A DNA stretch of 64,000 nt from Candidatus Parcubacteria bacterium (lineage in GTDB: Bacteria > Patescibacteriota > Minisyncoccia > Phycocordibacterales > UBA2100), in contig JBEEJY010000006.1 in NCBI GenBank assembly GCA_041168925.1, forward strand, positions 2,859-66,858. Reading direction: 5' to 3'. The translations under genes were made by a program, and so were the position numbers. Positions 1-10,067 of this stretch are shown here, piece after piece (position 1 is the stretch's first letter; each line of letters opens with the position of its first letter). The notes beneath the pieces were generated by a model. The model did not search any database. It saw only the letters and a list, made by a program, of their open reading frames with translations, and was not told the DNA's origin.

Positions 1-356
1 TCGCTCGGCTTGCTTTCCGGCGGCTTCGGAGGCTCCGGCATCTTCGGCGGCTCGCCGCCCTTCTGCGGTTCCCCTTTGCACTTCATCGGCGCCTGGCATT
101 TGCCGGGAGTCGGGTTGCCGTTGGTGACATCGGTGCACGGCATATCCTTGCCGCCTTGCTTTTTCGTCTTCGGATTCATCTGCGGAAACGGGTAGCTGTA
201 GTCTTTGTCCGGCGTGCATTGCATGTCGGCTTCGTTGTCGACTGCGCGCGAGAAAAGCGGTACCAAGAAAAAGGAAGCGAGAACAATTATCAACACGACA
301 TCGAGAGCTTTTTGTCCCTTTGTCAACGTATCCCACGAGCGCTCCATGGCGGTCAT
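1..356 (-). CDS. Secreted or membrane-anchored Cys/Pro-rich hypothetical protein (runs off the window edge)
   Basis: Manual translation from ATG at 356: MTAMERSWDTLTKGQKALDVVLIIVLASFFLVPLFSRAVDNEADMQCTPDK...CTDVTNGNPTPGKCQAPMKCKGEPQKGGEPPKMPEPPKPPESKPS. Open to position 1; TATAAT 6 nt upstream of ATG. Not in the ORF track. Confidence 0.7.
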   Translation of the reverse strand, partial: MTAMERSWDTLTKGQKALDVVLIIVLASFFLVPLFSRAVDNEADMQCTPDKDYSYPFPQMNPKTKKQGGKDMPCTDVTNGNPTPGKCQAPMKCKGEPQKGGEPPKMPEPPKPPESKPS

Positions 357-388
357 GGGGGTATTATAGCCTCAGTTTTGATGCCAAC

Positions 389-2035
389 TCAGTCGATATC
401 CCCCATGCCGGGAGCGCCTCCCATCGGGGCTTTCTTGTCTTCGGGAATATCCGCGACGGCAGCTTCCGTCGTGAGCAAGACCGCCGCCGCAGAGGCCGCG
501 TTCTCGACGCAGAGCCGCGTCACCTTCACCGGATCGATGACTCCCGCTTCGAACATGTCCGTTATCGCCTCTTCTTCCGACTCGGCGGAAGCATCGAATC
601 CGAAAGCGCCGCCTCGCTTCACGACTTCCTGCAGCACGACCGCGGCATCCTGTCTCCCTGCGTTTTCCGCAATTTGCAAAAGCGGCGCGGAAAGCGCGCT
701 CAAGAGAATGCGATAGCCGACGGTGTACTCATCGTGCGCTTTCGGGTCGAGTTTTTTGGAGAGCTTCGCCGCGACTTTCGCGAACGCCGCTCCGCCGCCG
801 GGAACGATTCCCTCGGCTAGAGCCGCTTTCGTCGCATTGACCGCGTCTTCGATCTTGTCTTTGAGATACTTCATCTCGGTTTCCGTAGCGGCACCGACAC
901 GAATGACGGCAACGCCGCCAGTCAATTTCGCAATGCGTTCTTCGAGCTTCTCACGGTCGAATTTCGAATCAGTCGAATCGACTTGCGTGCGAAGCTGCGC
1001 GACGCGATCATCGATCGCGCTTTTCTTGCCCTTGCCGCCGACGATGACGGTCGAGTCTTTGGTTGCGACGACTCTGTTCGCCCGTCCGAGCATCGAGAGC
1101 TCGGCTTTCTCGAGCGATACGCCGAGATCGTCGGAAACGACCTCCGCGCCGACGGTAATCGCGATGTCCGCGAGCATTTCTTTCTTGCGGTCGCCGTAGC
1201 CAGGCGCTTTGACCGCGAGCACGTTGAAGACCCCTTTCAGTTTGTTAAGGACGAATGTCGCGAGCGCCTCGCCTTCCACGTCGTCGGCGATTATGACAAG
1301 ATCGCGTTTCCCTGCCTGGGCGATTTTCTCGAGAAGCGGGACGATGTCTTTCACCGTCGAGATTTTCTTGTCGGTGATGAGGATCGGCGCATCCTTCGCC
1401 TCGGCCTCCATGCGTTCGGCATTGGTGATCATGTACGCGGAGACGTAGCCTTTGTCGAATTCCATGCCCTCCACGTATTCGGAATCGATGCCGGTCGCTT
1501 GCGATTCTTCGACCGTGACGACCCCGTCCTTTCCCACTTTGCCGACGACCTCCGCGATCTTTTCGCCGAGCTCCGCCGATTCAGCCGAGATCGACGCGAC
1601 TTGCTTGATATCGTTTTTGCCCTTCACTTCGCGCGCCATCTTTTTCAGTTCTTCGACGGTGTCCGAGGCGGCCGCTTCGATGCCGCGACGCACCATCATT
1701 GCGTTAGCGCCGAGCGCGGTGCGCTTCAGTCCCTCGTGGACGATCGCCTGGGTGAGCACGACCGCGGTCGTCGTGCCGTCGCCCGCCTTGTCATTGGTCT
1801 TTGTAGCGACTTCTTTCACGATTTGCGCACCCATGTTTTCGAATTTATCGGCAAGCTCTATTTCTTTGGCGATCGAAACGCCGTCGTTGGTGATCGTCGG
1901 ACCGCCCCAGGATTTGGAGAGGGCGACGTTGCGCCCCTTGGGGCCGAGCGTCACCTTCACGGCGCTGGCGACGATGTCGACGCCGCGCTTGAGCGCGGTG
2001 CGAACATCCTGATCAAATATGACTTGTTTTGCCAT
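389..2035 (-). CDS. groEL: Chaperonin GroEL
   Basis: VTLGPKGRNV, TITNDGVSIAKEI, AGDGTTTA, GGAPGMG tail; 548 aa. Confidence 0.99.
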   Translation of the reverse strand: MAKQVIFDQDVRTALKRGVDIVASAVKVTLGPKGRNVALSKSWGGPTITNDGVSIAKEIELADKFENMGAQIVKEVATKTNDKAGDGTTTAVVLTQAIVHEGLKRTALGANAMMVRRGIEAAASDTVEELKKMAREVKGKNDIKQVASISAESAELGEKIAEVVGKVGKDGVVTVEESQATGIDSEYVEGMEFDKGYVSAYMITNAERMEAEAKDAPILITDKKISTVKDIVPLLEKIAQAGKRDLVIIADDVEGEALATFVLNKLKGVFNVLAVKAPGYGDRKKEMLADIAITVGAEVVSDDLGVSLEKAELSMLGRANRVVATKDSTVIVGGKGKKSAIDDRVAQLRTQVDSTDSKFDREKLEERIAKLTGGVAVIRVGAATETEMKYLKDKIEDAVNATKAALAEGIVPGGGAAFAKVAAKLSKKLDPKAHDEYTVGYRILLSALSAPLLQIAENAGRQDAAVVLQEVVKRGGAFGFDASAESEEEAITDMFEAGVIDPVKVTRLCVENAASAAAVLLTTEAAVADIPEDKKAPMGGAPGMGDID

Positions 2036-2043
2036 GGTGGTAT

Positions 2044-2358
2044 TTATTTAATGACGGCTAAAATCGCCGATTCTTCGACGAGAAAAAGATTTTCATCCTT
2101 GTGTCCGACCTCATTGTCCCATCCGGCGTTGAAGATGACCTTCGAGCCGACTTTGACCTGCACCGGTATGAGCTTGCCTTCTTTCGACATCTTGCCGGGA
2201 CCGATGGCGAGTACCGTGCCCGTTTTCGATTTCTCTTTTGAAGCGGTGTCCGGAATTATGATCCCGGCGGGAGATTTTTCAACCGTTTCTTCGCGCTTCA
2301 CGAGTACGCGATCGGCAAGCGGCTGAATCTTGCGAGATGAGTCGGTTTCTTTTTTCAT
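2044..2358 (-). CDS. groES: Co-chaperonin GroES
   Basis: IQPLADRVLVK...GIIIPDTASKEK...GTVLAIGPG; directly upstream of groEL. Confidence 0.98.
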   Translation of the reverse strand: MKKETDSSRKIQPLADRVLVKREETVEKSPAGIIIPDTASKEKSKTGTVLAIGPGKMSKEGKLIPVQVKVGSKVIFNAGWDNEVGHKDENLFLVEESAILAVIK

Positions 2359-2489
2359 AGAATTATTGATTAGCTGCTAACTCGTGGCCACAATATAAGG
2401 GAATGTCTTCGCAGGAGCAACTTGACAATAAGTGGAGGATAAGATAAAGTTGTTTGACGTCTGGTGCCCCTAGTGCTACTGTGCGCGGA

Positions 2490-2723
2490 ATGGTTTTTCT
2501 CCAGCAAACCCTGCCCTACGCGCAGATCGGGCTTTCTGCTCTTCTTATTGTATGCGTGCTTTTGCAGCGGACGGGTGCGTCGCTCGGAGGCGCATTCGGC
2601 GCCGACAACTTCGGCTCCGGCTTTCACACTCGCCGCGGTTTGGAGAAGACCCTCTTTTACACGACGATAATCCTTGGTATACTCTTCGCACTGTCCGCTC
2701 TCGTCAATCTTTTTATCAGCTAA
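2490..2723 (+). CDS. secG: Preprotein translocase subunit SecG
   Basis: Two TM helices flanking LLQRTGASLGGAFG...TRRGLEKTL; start placed at ATG 2490 behind TGCTACTGT. Confidence 0.92.
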   Translation: MVFLQQTLPYAQIGLSALLIVCVLLQRTGASLGGAFGADNFGSGFHTRRGLEKTLFYTTIILGILFALSALVNLFIS

Positions 2724-2786
2724 CGCGGCGCGCTCTTTGTTGAGCGATGCCCGCGCTTCGCGCGAGCGTTCACCTGTACTGCCGGT

Positions 2787-4628
2787 ATGGCATTCGACTC
2801 CTTCTCGTACACAACTCCAGAAAAGCTTTCCGTGAAACTGACGCGGCGCCGCGCGGTGCCTTCACTCGCGGCGCTTGAGCGGCTCTTGCGCGCTTTCAGT
2901 CCGGGCGAGCGACTTGCGCTTTACCTCGTCTCGGCGGTGCTCGGGCTGTCGACTTTCGCGCTTCTTGCGGGTTTGAATGCCGCGATATCGACAAACGTGC
3001 CGGCGCGCGGAGGGTCGCTCACCGAAGGCGAGGTCGGCTCCGTTCGGTTTATCAATCCCGTGCTCGCGCTCTCGCAAGCAGATACCGATCTCGCATCGCT
3101 CGTGTATTCAGGCCTCATGCGCGCCATGCCCGACGGTTCGATCGCGCCGGATCTCGCCGAAAGCTACGAGATCTCGCAAGACGGCACGGTCTACACCTTT
3201 CACTTGCGGCCCGATGCGACATTCCACGATGGCTCCCGCGTGACATCGGCCGACGTCATCTACACCGTACAGGCGACGCAAAACATCGAGATCAAAAGCC
3301 CGCGCCGCGCGGATTGGGACGGTGTCGCGGCGGCGGCCCCTGATGAGCGCACGGTCGTTTTCACCCTCCCGCACCCCTACGCTCCGTTTCTCGAGAACAC
3401 GACGCTGGGCATATTGCCCAAGTCGATTTGGCAGAGCGTGCAACCGGAAGAATTTCCCTTCAGCCCCGCCAACACGCGACCGATCGGAAGCGGCCCTTTC
3501 AAGGTAGGTAACATAACGACGGATTCAACCGGTTCGATCACGCGATACGAGCTCACGCCTTTCAACCACTTCACGCTCGGCGCGCCTCACCTGTTTCACT
3601 TGTATTTCTTATATTATCCGAACGAAGATGCGATGATCGCGGCATGGAAGAGCGGCGCGATCGATTCGATGGCGGGTATCTCGCCCTCGAATCTGTCGGC
3701 TCTCGCGCGAACAGACGAGCAGATCGTCCGCGCGACGCTGCCCCGCGTCTTCGGAGTCTTTTTCAACCAGAGCCATGCTCCGGTTCTTGCCGACGCGTCG
3801 GTGCGCGAGGCGCTGGATGCCGCAACCGATCGAGAGGTCATAGTCGATTCGATACTCGGCGGATACGGATCAGCGCTCTCCGGGCCGATCCCGTCTGGAG
3901 TCACCGGTTTCATTGCTCCGGCGCGCGCTCAACCCTTCCTTGCGGCGGCATCCTCGACAATGCGGATCAAGCCGGATGAAAAAGCAATCGCGGCGGCGCG
4001 CGCAATACTTGAGCGGGGCGGCTGGGAGTTCTCGGAGGCTTCGAGTACGAAAGGATCGACTGGTCTCTGGCAAAAGAAGCAAGGGAAAGGCAAGGGCGCG
4101 CAGACGCTTTCGTTTACGCTCTCGACCGCGGACGAGCTGGAACTGGTGGCGACGGCCAACGCGCTCGCGGAGAGTTGGCGAGCGCTCGGCGTAGATGTGG
4201 ATGTGCGGATCTATCCGATCTCCGAGCTTAATTCGAGCGTCATCCGACCGCGCGCTTACGACGCGATTCTCTTCGGCGAGGTTGTGGGGCGCACGCTCGA
4301 CCTATTCGCCTTCTGGCACTCGAGCCAGCGCAATGATCCGGGTCTCAACCTTGCGATGTACGCCAACTCAAAGGCCGATTCGCTCCTGATCCAGGCACGC
4401 GCTACGAAGAATCGCGCCGAGCGAGAAAAGTTGTACGAACGCTTTAGTGAAATGGTTAAAAGCGATACGCCCGCAATCTTTCTCTATGCGCCCGATTTCG
4501 TCTACCTCGTTCCCGACTCGCTCCACGGGGTTTCGCTCGGAGCGCTTACCACTCCAGCCGAGCGTTTCCTGAACGCGTATCAATGGTACATCTATACCGA
4601 GCGCGTATGGAGCGTATTCGCGCGATAA
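2787..4628 (+). CDS. Peptide ABC transporter substrate-binding protein (family 5, OppA/DppA-like) with N-terminal TM anchor
   Basis: PDLAESYEISQDGTVYTFHLRPDATFHDGSRVTSADVIYT; PIGSGPFK. Confidence 0.92.
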   Translation: MAFDSFSYTTPEKLSVKLTRRRAVPSLAALERLLRAFSPGERLALYLVSAVLGLSTFALLAGLNAAISTNVPARGGSLTEGEVGSVRFINPVLALSQADTDLASLVYSGLMRAMPDGSIAPDLAESYEISQDGTVYTFHLRPDATFHDGSRVTSADVIYTVQATQNIEIKSPRRADWDGVAAAAPDERTVVFTLPHPYAPFLENTTLGILPKSIWQSVQPEEFPFSPANTRPIGSGPFKVGNITTDSTGSITRYELTPFNHFTLGAPHLFHLYFLYYPNEDAMIAAWKSGAIDSMAGISPSNLSALARTDEQIVRATLPRVFGVFFNQSHAPVLADASVREALDAATDREVIVDSILGGYGSALSGPIPSGVTGFIAPARAQPFLAAASSTMRIKPDEKAIAAARAILERGGWEFSEASSTKGSTGLWQKKQGKGKGAQTLSFTLSTADELELVATANALAESWRALGVDVDVRIYPISELNSSVIRPRAYDAILFGEVVGRTLDLFAFWHSSQRNDPGLNLAMYANSKADSLLIQARATKNRAEREKLYERFSEMVKSDTPAIFLYAPDFVYLVPDSLHGVSLGALTTPAERFLNAYQWYIYTERVWSVFAR

Positions 4629-4648
4629 CTCATCAATCAATAAACCGT

Positions 4649-6535
4649 ATGGAACCACAATCGCCCATGAATCACGGCCGAGGCGCAGGCTCGCGCCCTC
4701 ACGCGGCACGCCCGGGAGGGCGCGATGGATCGCCTTCTCGCCGGCCGCGGCGCTTCCCCGGACGCGCGGGCGGTTTTGGCAATCGTCCGCCTCGTCGGGG
4801 TCGCGCGAGAGTCGAACACCAAACGGCCGCCGTACGCAAACAAAACGCAATCATCGCTCCGCCGAGCGAGAAGACGGTGCGCATCATCCCGCTCGGCGGC
4901 GTCGAAGAAATCGGCCGCAACATGACCGCCGTCGAGGTCGGTAATGATATTTTCATTCTCGATTGCGGCTTCCAGTTCAGCGAAGACGAAACGCCGGGCG
5001 TCGACTACATCTTGCCCAATACGGGCTACCTAGAAGAGCGTCGCGAGAAGATACGCGGACTTCTCATTTCGCACGGCCACCTCGACCACATCGGCGGCAT
5101 TCCGTATATCATCGATCGCATCGGCAACCCGATTATTTACACGCGCAAGCTCACGGGCAAAATGATCCAGAAGCGGCAAGAGGAATTCGCATCCGCGCAG
5201 CCCGTACAGATCCGCGAAGTCGAGAAGGACGAGGCGATCAAGCTTGGTGCGGCGACTATCCGCTTCTTCGGCGTGACGCACACCGTGCCCGATTCGATGG
5301 GCATCATTATCGAAACGCCCTGGGGCGACGTCGTTTTCACCGGCGACATCAAACTCAATCACGAAAACGGCGAGCCTTCCGAAGAAGAGAAACGGGAATT
5401 CGGTATTTTCAAGGAGCGAAAGGTGCTCGCGCTCCTCATGGACTCGACCAACGTCTGGCAGCCGGGCTTCTCGATACCCGAGAGCAACGTGTACCGCACG
5501 CTTGAAAACATCATCAAAGACTCAAAGGGCCGTCTCATCATCGCGATGTTCGCTTCGCACCTCGAGCGCTTGATCAGAGTCATTCACTTCGCGGAAAAGT
5601 ACGGCAAGAAAGTCGTCATCGACGGACGCTCAATGCGCACCAATATCGAAATCGCCCGCGAGCTCGGCTTGGTCAAATACAAAGACGAGACCGTAGTACA
5701 GGTCGAAGATATCGACCGCGTTCCGCCCGATAAGATGCTGATCCTCGCGACGGGCGCGCAGGGCGACGAGTTCGCCTCGCTCGCGCGCATCGGCAACAAG
5801 ACGCATAAGAATATCCGTCTGCAGCCGACGGATACGGTCGTGCTCTCTTCTTCGGTCATTCCGGGCAACGAGCGCGCGGTGCAAAAACTCAAAGACAACC
5901 TCTCGCGCCAAGGCGCGCATATCATCACGTATCATGCCTCCGACGTGCATGCTTCCGGCCACGGCAATCGCGAGGAAGCGGCATGGATACACAAACAGGT
6001 CCGTCCGAAATTCTTCATCCCCGTGCACGGCTATCATTACATGCTGCGCGTGCACGCCGATCTCGCGGTCGAGATGGGAGTCGATCAGAAAAACATCGCG
6101 ATTCCCGACAACAGCTCGATCATCGAAATCCACGGGGGTGAAAAGATCGACAAGCATCCGGTGAAAGCGCCGGCGGAATTGCGCGTCGTCGAAGGTCATG
6201 TCGTGTCCGAACTCTCGGAAGTCTTGATGCGGGATCGCTTGGCGCTCGGTAAAGAAGGTTTTTGCGTCGTCGTTGCCACCGTGGATCGCCGCACCGGCAA
6301 ACTCCATAAGTCACCCGACATCATCTCCCGCGGATTCGTCTATCTGCGCGACAACAAGGACTTGATGGACCAGACGCGCCTCATCATCCGCAAATCGGTC
6401 GAGACGTCGCTGCGTAATCCGCGCGCGGCCGACCTCGATGCCGCCCGTGACGATCTCGCCGAATCCGTCTCCCGCTTTCTCTTGCAGCGCACGATGAAAC
6501 GCCCGATCGTCATTCCGGTGATCGTGAGTATATAA
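4649..6535 (+). CDS. rnj: Ribonuclease J
   Basis: IIPLGGVEEIGRNM, SHGHLDHIG, HASGH, PVHG, RGFVY; basic N-terminal extension. Confidence 0.96.
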   Translation: MEPQSPMNHGRGAGSRPHAARPGGRDGSPSRRPRRFPGRAGGFGNRPPRRGRARVEHQTAAVRKQNAIIAPPSEKTVRIIPLGGVEEIGRNMTAVEVGNDIFILDCGFQFSEDETPGVDYILPNTGYLEERREKIRGLLISHGHLDHIGGIPYIIDRIGNPIIYTRKLTGKMIQKRQEEFASAQPVQIREVEKDEAIKLGAATIRFFGVTHTVPDSMGIIIETPWGDVVFTGDIKLNHENGEPSEEEKREFGIFKERKVLALLMDSTNVWQPGFSIPESNVYRTLENIIKDSKGRLIIAMFASHLERLIRVIHFAEKYGKKVVIDGRSMRTNIEIARELGLVKYKDETVVQVEDIDRVPPDKMLILATGAQGDEFASLARIGNKTHKNIRLQPTDTVVLSSSVIPGNERAVQKLKDNLSRQGAHIITYHASDVHASGHGNREEAAWIHKQVRPKFFIPVHGYHYMLRVHADLAVEMGVDQKNIAIPDNSSIIEIHGGEKIDKHPVKAPAELRVVEGHVVSELSEVLMRDRLALGKEGFCVVVATVDRRTGKLHKSPDIISRGFVYLRDNKDLMDQTRLIIRKSVETSLRNPRAADLDAARDDLAESVSRFLLQRTMKRPIVIPVIVSI

Positions 6536-6628
6536 ATAGGCGGGATGGAGATTGGTCAGACCGGATTGTTATAAATGTTTTGCGCGACAAGGCGGCGAGT
6601 CGCCTTGTCGATTTATTTTACGAATACC

Positions 6629-7417
6629 CTACGCAATCCGCCACTTGCCTTTTTGGCGGACGATGAGTCCGTCGCGCGCAAGACTGGAGAGCGCGCGAGT
6701 CATACGTTCGTCCCCACGAGGTTGTTTGCCCGCATGCAACTGGCGGAGAATCTCTCCGCGCATTTGCCTGAGAGATCCTTCAAATTTCGATTGCTTTACA
6801 TAGTGAACACTGCGGCTGTTGTTGCGCACGCCCGTTTTTTTCAAATACGCTCCGTAGTCCATGAGCGCCCAGTGCCACTTCCGTGGATCCTGCTTTTTTG
6901 CAATCTTTCTTGCGTATACTAAAAGCGTGCTGTCGCTCACCTTTAGCGTACTCCGCGCAAAGTGACGCATGAGCGCGGTTCGAATATTGGTCTCGATGAG
7001 GATGTCGCGCTCATTGAACGAGAATATGCGTACCGCCGATCTGGTATATGGTCCGATTCCCGGCAACGAATGACGTAATGCTTCCCTGAAATCGCCCGCG
7101 TGCATTGTAACTATTTCTTTTGCGGAATCGTGCAGATACTTGCCCCGCCTGTTGTATCCTAGCCCGCTCCATTGCCTCAAAACATCTTTGAGTTCCGCTC
7201 TTGCGAGCGCTCTGATGGTCGGGAATCTCTCGATGAATGATTCGTATCTACCGACGACGCGCGACACTGGAGTTTGCTGCAGCATCACTTCGGAGACGAG
7301 AATTTTGTACGGGTCTGTCGTCTTTCTCCATGGCAAATCATGCCTGCCGTCCTCTTTCCAATGACGCCAGACAAGCCTTAGGAACGCTGCGATCTCTCTA
7401 GAGTTCGTAGACGACAT
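6629..7417 (-). CDS. mutY: A/G-specific adenine glycosylase (short MutY without Fe-S motif)
   Basis: RHDLPWRKTTDPYKILVSEVMLQQT, WSGLGYNRR, HhH LPGIGPYT; no CX6CX2CX5C. Confidence 0.88.
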   Translation of the reverse strand: MSSTNSREIAAFLRLVWRHWKEDGRHDLPWRKTTDPYKILVSEVMLQQTPVSRVVGRYESFIERFPTIRALARAELKDVLRQWSGLGYNRRGKYLHDSAKEIVTMHAGDFREALRHSLPGIGPYTRSAVRIFSFNERDILIETNIRTALMRHFARSTLKVSDSTLLVYARKIAKKQDPRKWHWALMDYGAYLKKTGVRNNSRSVHYVKQSKFEGSLRQMRGEILRQLHAGKQPRGDERMTRALSSLARDGLIVRQKGKWRIA

Positions 7418-8093
7418 CTTTCCGTTCGACAACCACGTTCCAGCCGAGCCGCTTCGCCGTCTTGTAGAGTTTCATGTTTGGATTAAAACAAATGGGTTTT
7501 GCGACAAGTTCGAGAAATGGAATATCGCTCTCCGTGTCGCCCACTCCGATCGAATGCGCGAGTGTCAGATTCTCGCGCTCGACGGCGCGCCTGACAATGG
7601 CCGCTTTGTTGAGAATTAGGTGCTCATCGATCACCTTGCCGGTAAAAAGTTCTTGCGGGCCAGTTTCATAGAGCATGCCGTAGGTCTTGTCGAATCCCAA
7701 CCGCGGACAGAACTTATCGAGCACCGTTTTTGGAGAGTGCGAGACGGCGAGCAAGAAATAATCGCGCTTCTTGAGATCTTTGATGAGGTCGCGCGTGTAG
7801 CGATAAACGCGCCGCCACTGTTCATCGACAATTTCCCGTGCCGCATCGGCAAGCGCGGAGTAGTGAATACCTTTCAAATGTCCGACGAAGGCTTCGACGA
7901 CCGCGCCGATGTACTCTTCATAATCGCCTTCGCGATTGAGCCAGCGTTCGTAATCGCGTTCGTATACGTCGCGCGTTTCTTTCGGAAATGTACCGTTCTC
8001 GATCAGTCGATTTACGACCTGGATCAGAAGCGAGGAGCGAAAGATCGTACCGTCGACGTCGAATATCGCGACTTTCCGCTTCGCATTGGCCAT
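7398..8093 (-). CDS. HAD-IB family hydrolase (SerB-like)
   Basis: Motif I FDVDGT, motif IV GDTESDIPFL, C-terminal PICFNPN. Confidence 0.9.
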   Translation of the reverse strand: MANAKRKVAIFDVDGTIFRSSLLIQVVNRLIENGTFPKETRDVYERDYERWLNREGDYEEYIGAVVEAFVGHLKGIHYSALADAAREIVDEQWRRVYRYTRDLIKDLKKRDYFLLAVSHSPKTVLDKFCPRLGFDKTYGMLYETGPQELFTGKVIDEHLILNKAAIVRRAVERENLTLAHSIGVGDTESDIPFLELVAKPICFNPNMKLYKTAKRLGWNVVVERKDVVYEL

Positions 8094-8139
8094 GTCGACA
8101 TACTACCAAAGCCTGAAAAATTTAGTATTCTGGGCTCTA

Positions 8140-9387
8140 ATGGTGCGAAAAATCAAGAATATCCTCTATTTTTTCGTCGCGTCATACTTCGCCTTCTTCG
8201 CGCGCCTCAAGCTCAAGCGCTGGAAGCCTCGGGTTGTCGCGGTAACAGGCTCCAACGGGAAAACAACGACGCTCCACCTTATCGAAGCGGCGCTTGGCGA
8301 CCTGGCGCGCTACTCGCACGGCGCAAACTCGAGCTTTGGCATCCCTTTCGACATCCTGGGCTTGAAGCGTCGGACATTTTCACCCGTCGAGTGGTTTTGG
8401 CTCGTGCTTGCGGCTCCTTTTTGCGTTCTGAAGCGCCCATATCGAGAACGTATCTACGTCGCCGAGGCCGATTGCGACCGACCGGGCGAGGGTGGATTTC
8501 TGAGCGCGCTTCTGAGACCGGAGATCGTGCTGTGGCTTTCTTCGGCGCGAACGCACAGCATGAATTTTGATAAGAGCGTGCGTGCGGGAGCGTTTCCAAA
8601 CGTCGAGGAGGCGATCGCGCATGAGTTTGGTTATTTCCCCGAATATGCCGCGCGGCTCGTCATCGTCAACGGCGATATCCCGCTCATTGAGGCGCAGCTT
8701 CCGAGAACGAAGACGGTCGTGCATCGCATTCGCGAGAGTGCGCTCGGGCAATACGAAATCGCCGCAAGCGGCACGAGCTTCACGATTCACGGGCGATCGT
8801 ATCGGTTCCCCTATTTGCTGCCAAGAGAAACGTTCTATTCGATCGCGGCCGTGCTCGAACTTGCCGCGTATCTCGACGTTTCTCGACACGTTGATTTTTC
8901 GACGTACGCGATGCCGCCCGGCCGCAGCTCGATATTCAAAGGCACGCAAGGGACGACCATAATCGACAGCACGTACAACGCGAACGCGTCGTCAACTACC
9001 GCGCTGCTTGGCATGGTAGAGCGACTGCCGGGCGAGCAATGGCTCGTCTTTGGGGACATGATCGAGCAGGGTGAAGAAGAAAAGGAAGAGCACGAGAAAG
9101 TCGCGCTGCGTATCGCATCCGGCAACTTCGCAAAAGTATTATTGGTCGGCCCGCGGACAAGACGCTTCGCGCAGCCGCACATTCCAAACGCCATCGCCTA
9201 CGATGCGCCGCGCGACGCGCTTGCATATCTGCTGCGCACCATCAAAGGCGGCGAGACGCTCATTTTCAAAGGTGCTCGATTCCTGGAAGGAATCGTCGAG
9301 CACCTGCTCGCCGACAAGAAAGACGTCGAGAAGCTCTGCCGCCGAGAGGCGATCTGGCGCAAGCGGCGCGCGCAATGGGGATTATGA
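8140..9387 (+). CDS. murF: Mur ligase, MurF-like
   Basis: P-loop VAVTGSNGKTTT, PGR, IIDSTYNAN, GDMIEQGEEEKEEH, KGAR; lacks the usual N-terminal domain. Confidence 0.8.
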   Translation: MVRKIKNILYFFVASYFAFFARLKLKRWKPRVVAVTGSNGKTTTLHLIEAALGDLARYSHGANSSFGIPFDILGLKRRTFSPVEWFWLVLAAPFCVLKRPYRERIYVAEADCDRPGEGGFLSALLRPEIVLWLSSARTHSMNFDKSVRAGAFPNVEEAIAHEFGYFPEYAARLVIVNGDIPLIEAQLPRTKTVVHRIRESALGQYEIAASGTSFTIHGRSYRFPYLLPRETFYSIAAVLELAAYLDVSRHVDFSTYAMPPGRSSIFKGTQGTTIIDSTYNANASSTTALLGMVERLPGEQWLVFGDMIEQGEEEKEEHEKVALRIASGNFAKVLLVGPRTRRFAQPHIPNAIAYDAPRDALAYLLRTIKGGETLIFKGARFLEGIVEHLLADKKDVEKLCRREAIWRKRRAQWGL

Positions 9388-10067
9388 AACTTTTCATTCT
9401 TCACGGATGGACCTACCAGACGGCGACTTGGGATGCGCTGCTCGGCGAATTGCGTAAGCGCGGGATCGAGTACGAATTCCTGCTCTTGCCGGGTCTCACC
9501 GACGGTACGAATCCGGTCTGGAACATCGACGACTACATTGACTGGCTCAAATCGAAAATCGGCAACGAACGCGTCGTTCTCTACGGCCACTCGGCAGGCG
9601 GTCGCCTCTCGCTCGCATTTGCGCTCAAGTACCCGACTCAAGTCGAACGACTCATTCTCGAAGACAGCGCGGGCATTCCGCCGCGAGGGTTACGTAAGCT
9701 AAAACGCGACTTTTTCCGCGTGTTTTCCCCGCTGAATAAGATTCTTATGCCGCCGGAGGCGCTCCGTCGCGCGTTCTACAGGCTTATCCGCGAGAACGAC
9801 TACGGCCGCGCAACGCCCGAAATGCGCAAAACGCTCGCAAATCTCGTGTCTATAGACTTACGAAACGGACTCAAGAACATCCGCTGTCCGACCCTGATCA
9901 TCTGGGGCAAGGGAGACAAAACGACTCCGCTCATCGACGGGCAGTTGATGCATGAAGAAATCGCCGGCTCGCGCTTGCAAGTCATCCCGGATGCCCGCCA
10001 TTCCCCGCACATAACCCATCCGAAAGAAGTGGCGGGACTTGTCGCGAGCGAACTGCGAAATACATGA
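9384..10067 (+). CDS. Alpha/beta hydrolase
   Basis: LHGW, nucleophile elbow GHSAGG, WGKGD, H in ARHSPH; ATGA overlap with murF. Confidence 0.9.
   Translation: MKLFILHGWTYQTATWDALLGELRKRGIEYEFLLLPGLTDGTNPVWNIDDYIDWLKSKIGNERVVLYGHSAGGRLSLAFALKYPTQVERLILEDSAGIPPRGLRKLKRDFFRVFSPLNKILMPPEALRRAFYRLIRENDYGRATPEMRKTLANLVSIDLRNGLKNIRCPTLIIWGKGDKTTPLIDGQLMHEEIAGSRLQVIPDARHSPHITHPKEVAGLVASELRNT

Noticed and set aside
983-2326. 447-aa plus-strand ORF and other long antisense ORFs (e.g. 15384-16358, 26437-27825, 48301-49230)
   Set aside because: Shadow frames opposite well-supported genes, expected from high GC3; no motifs of their own.
2359-2489. CIRCE operator upstream of groES
   Set aside because: Only half-site-like pieces (TGCTAA, TAGTGCTA); no TTAGCACTC-N9-GAGTGCTAA arrangement.
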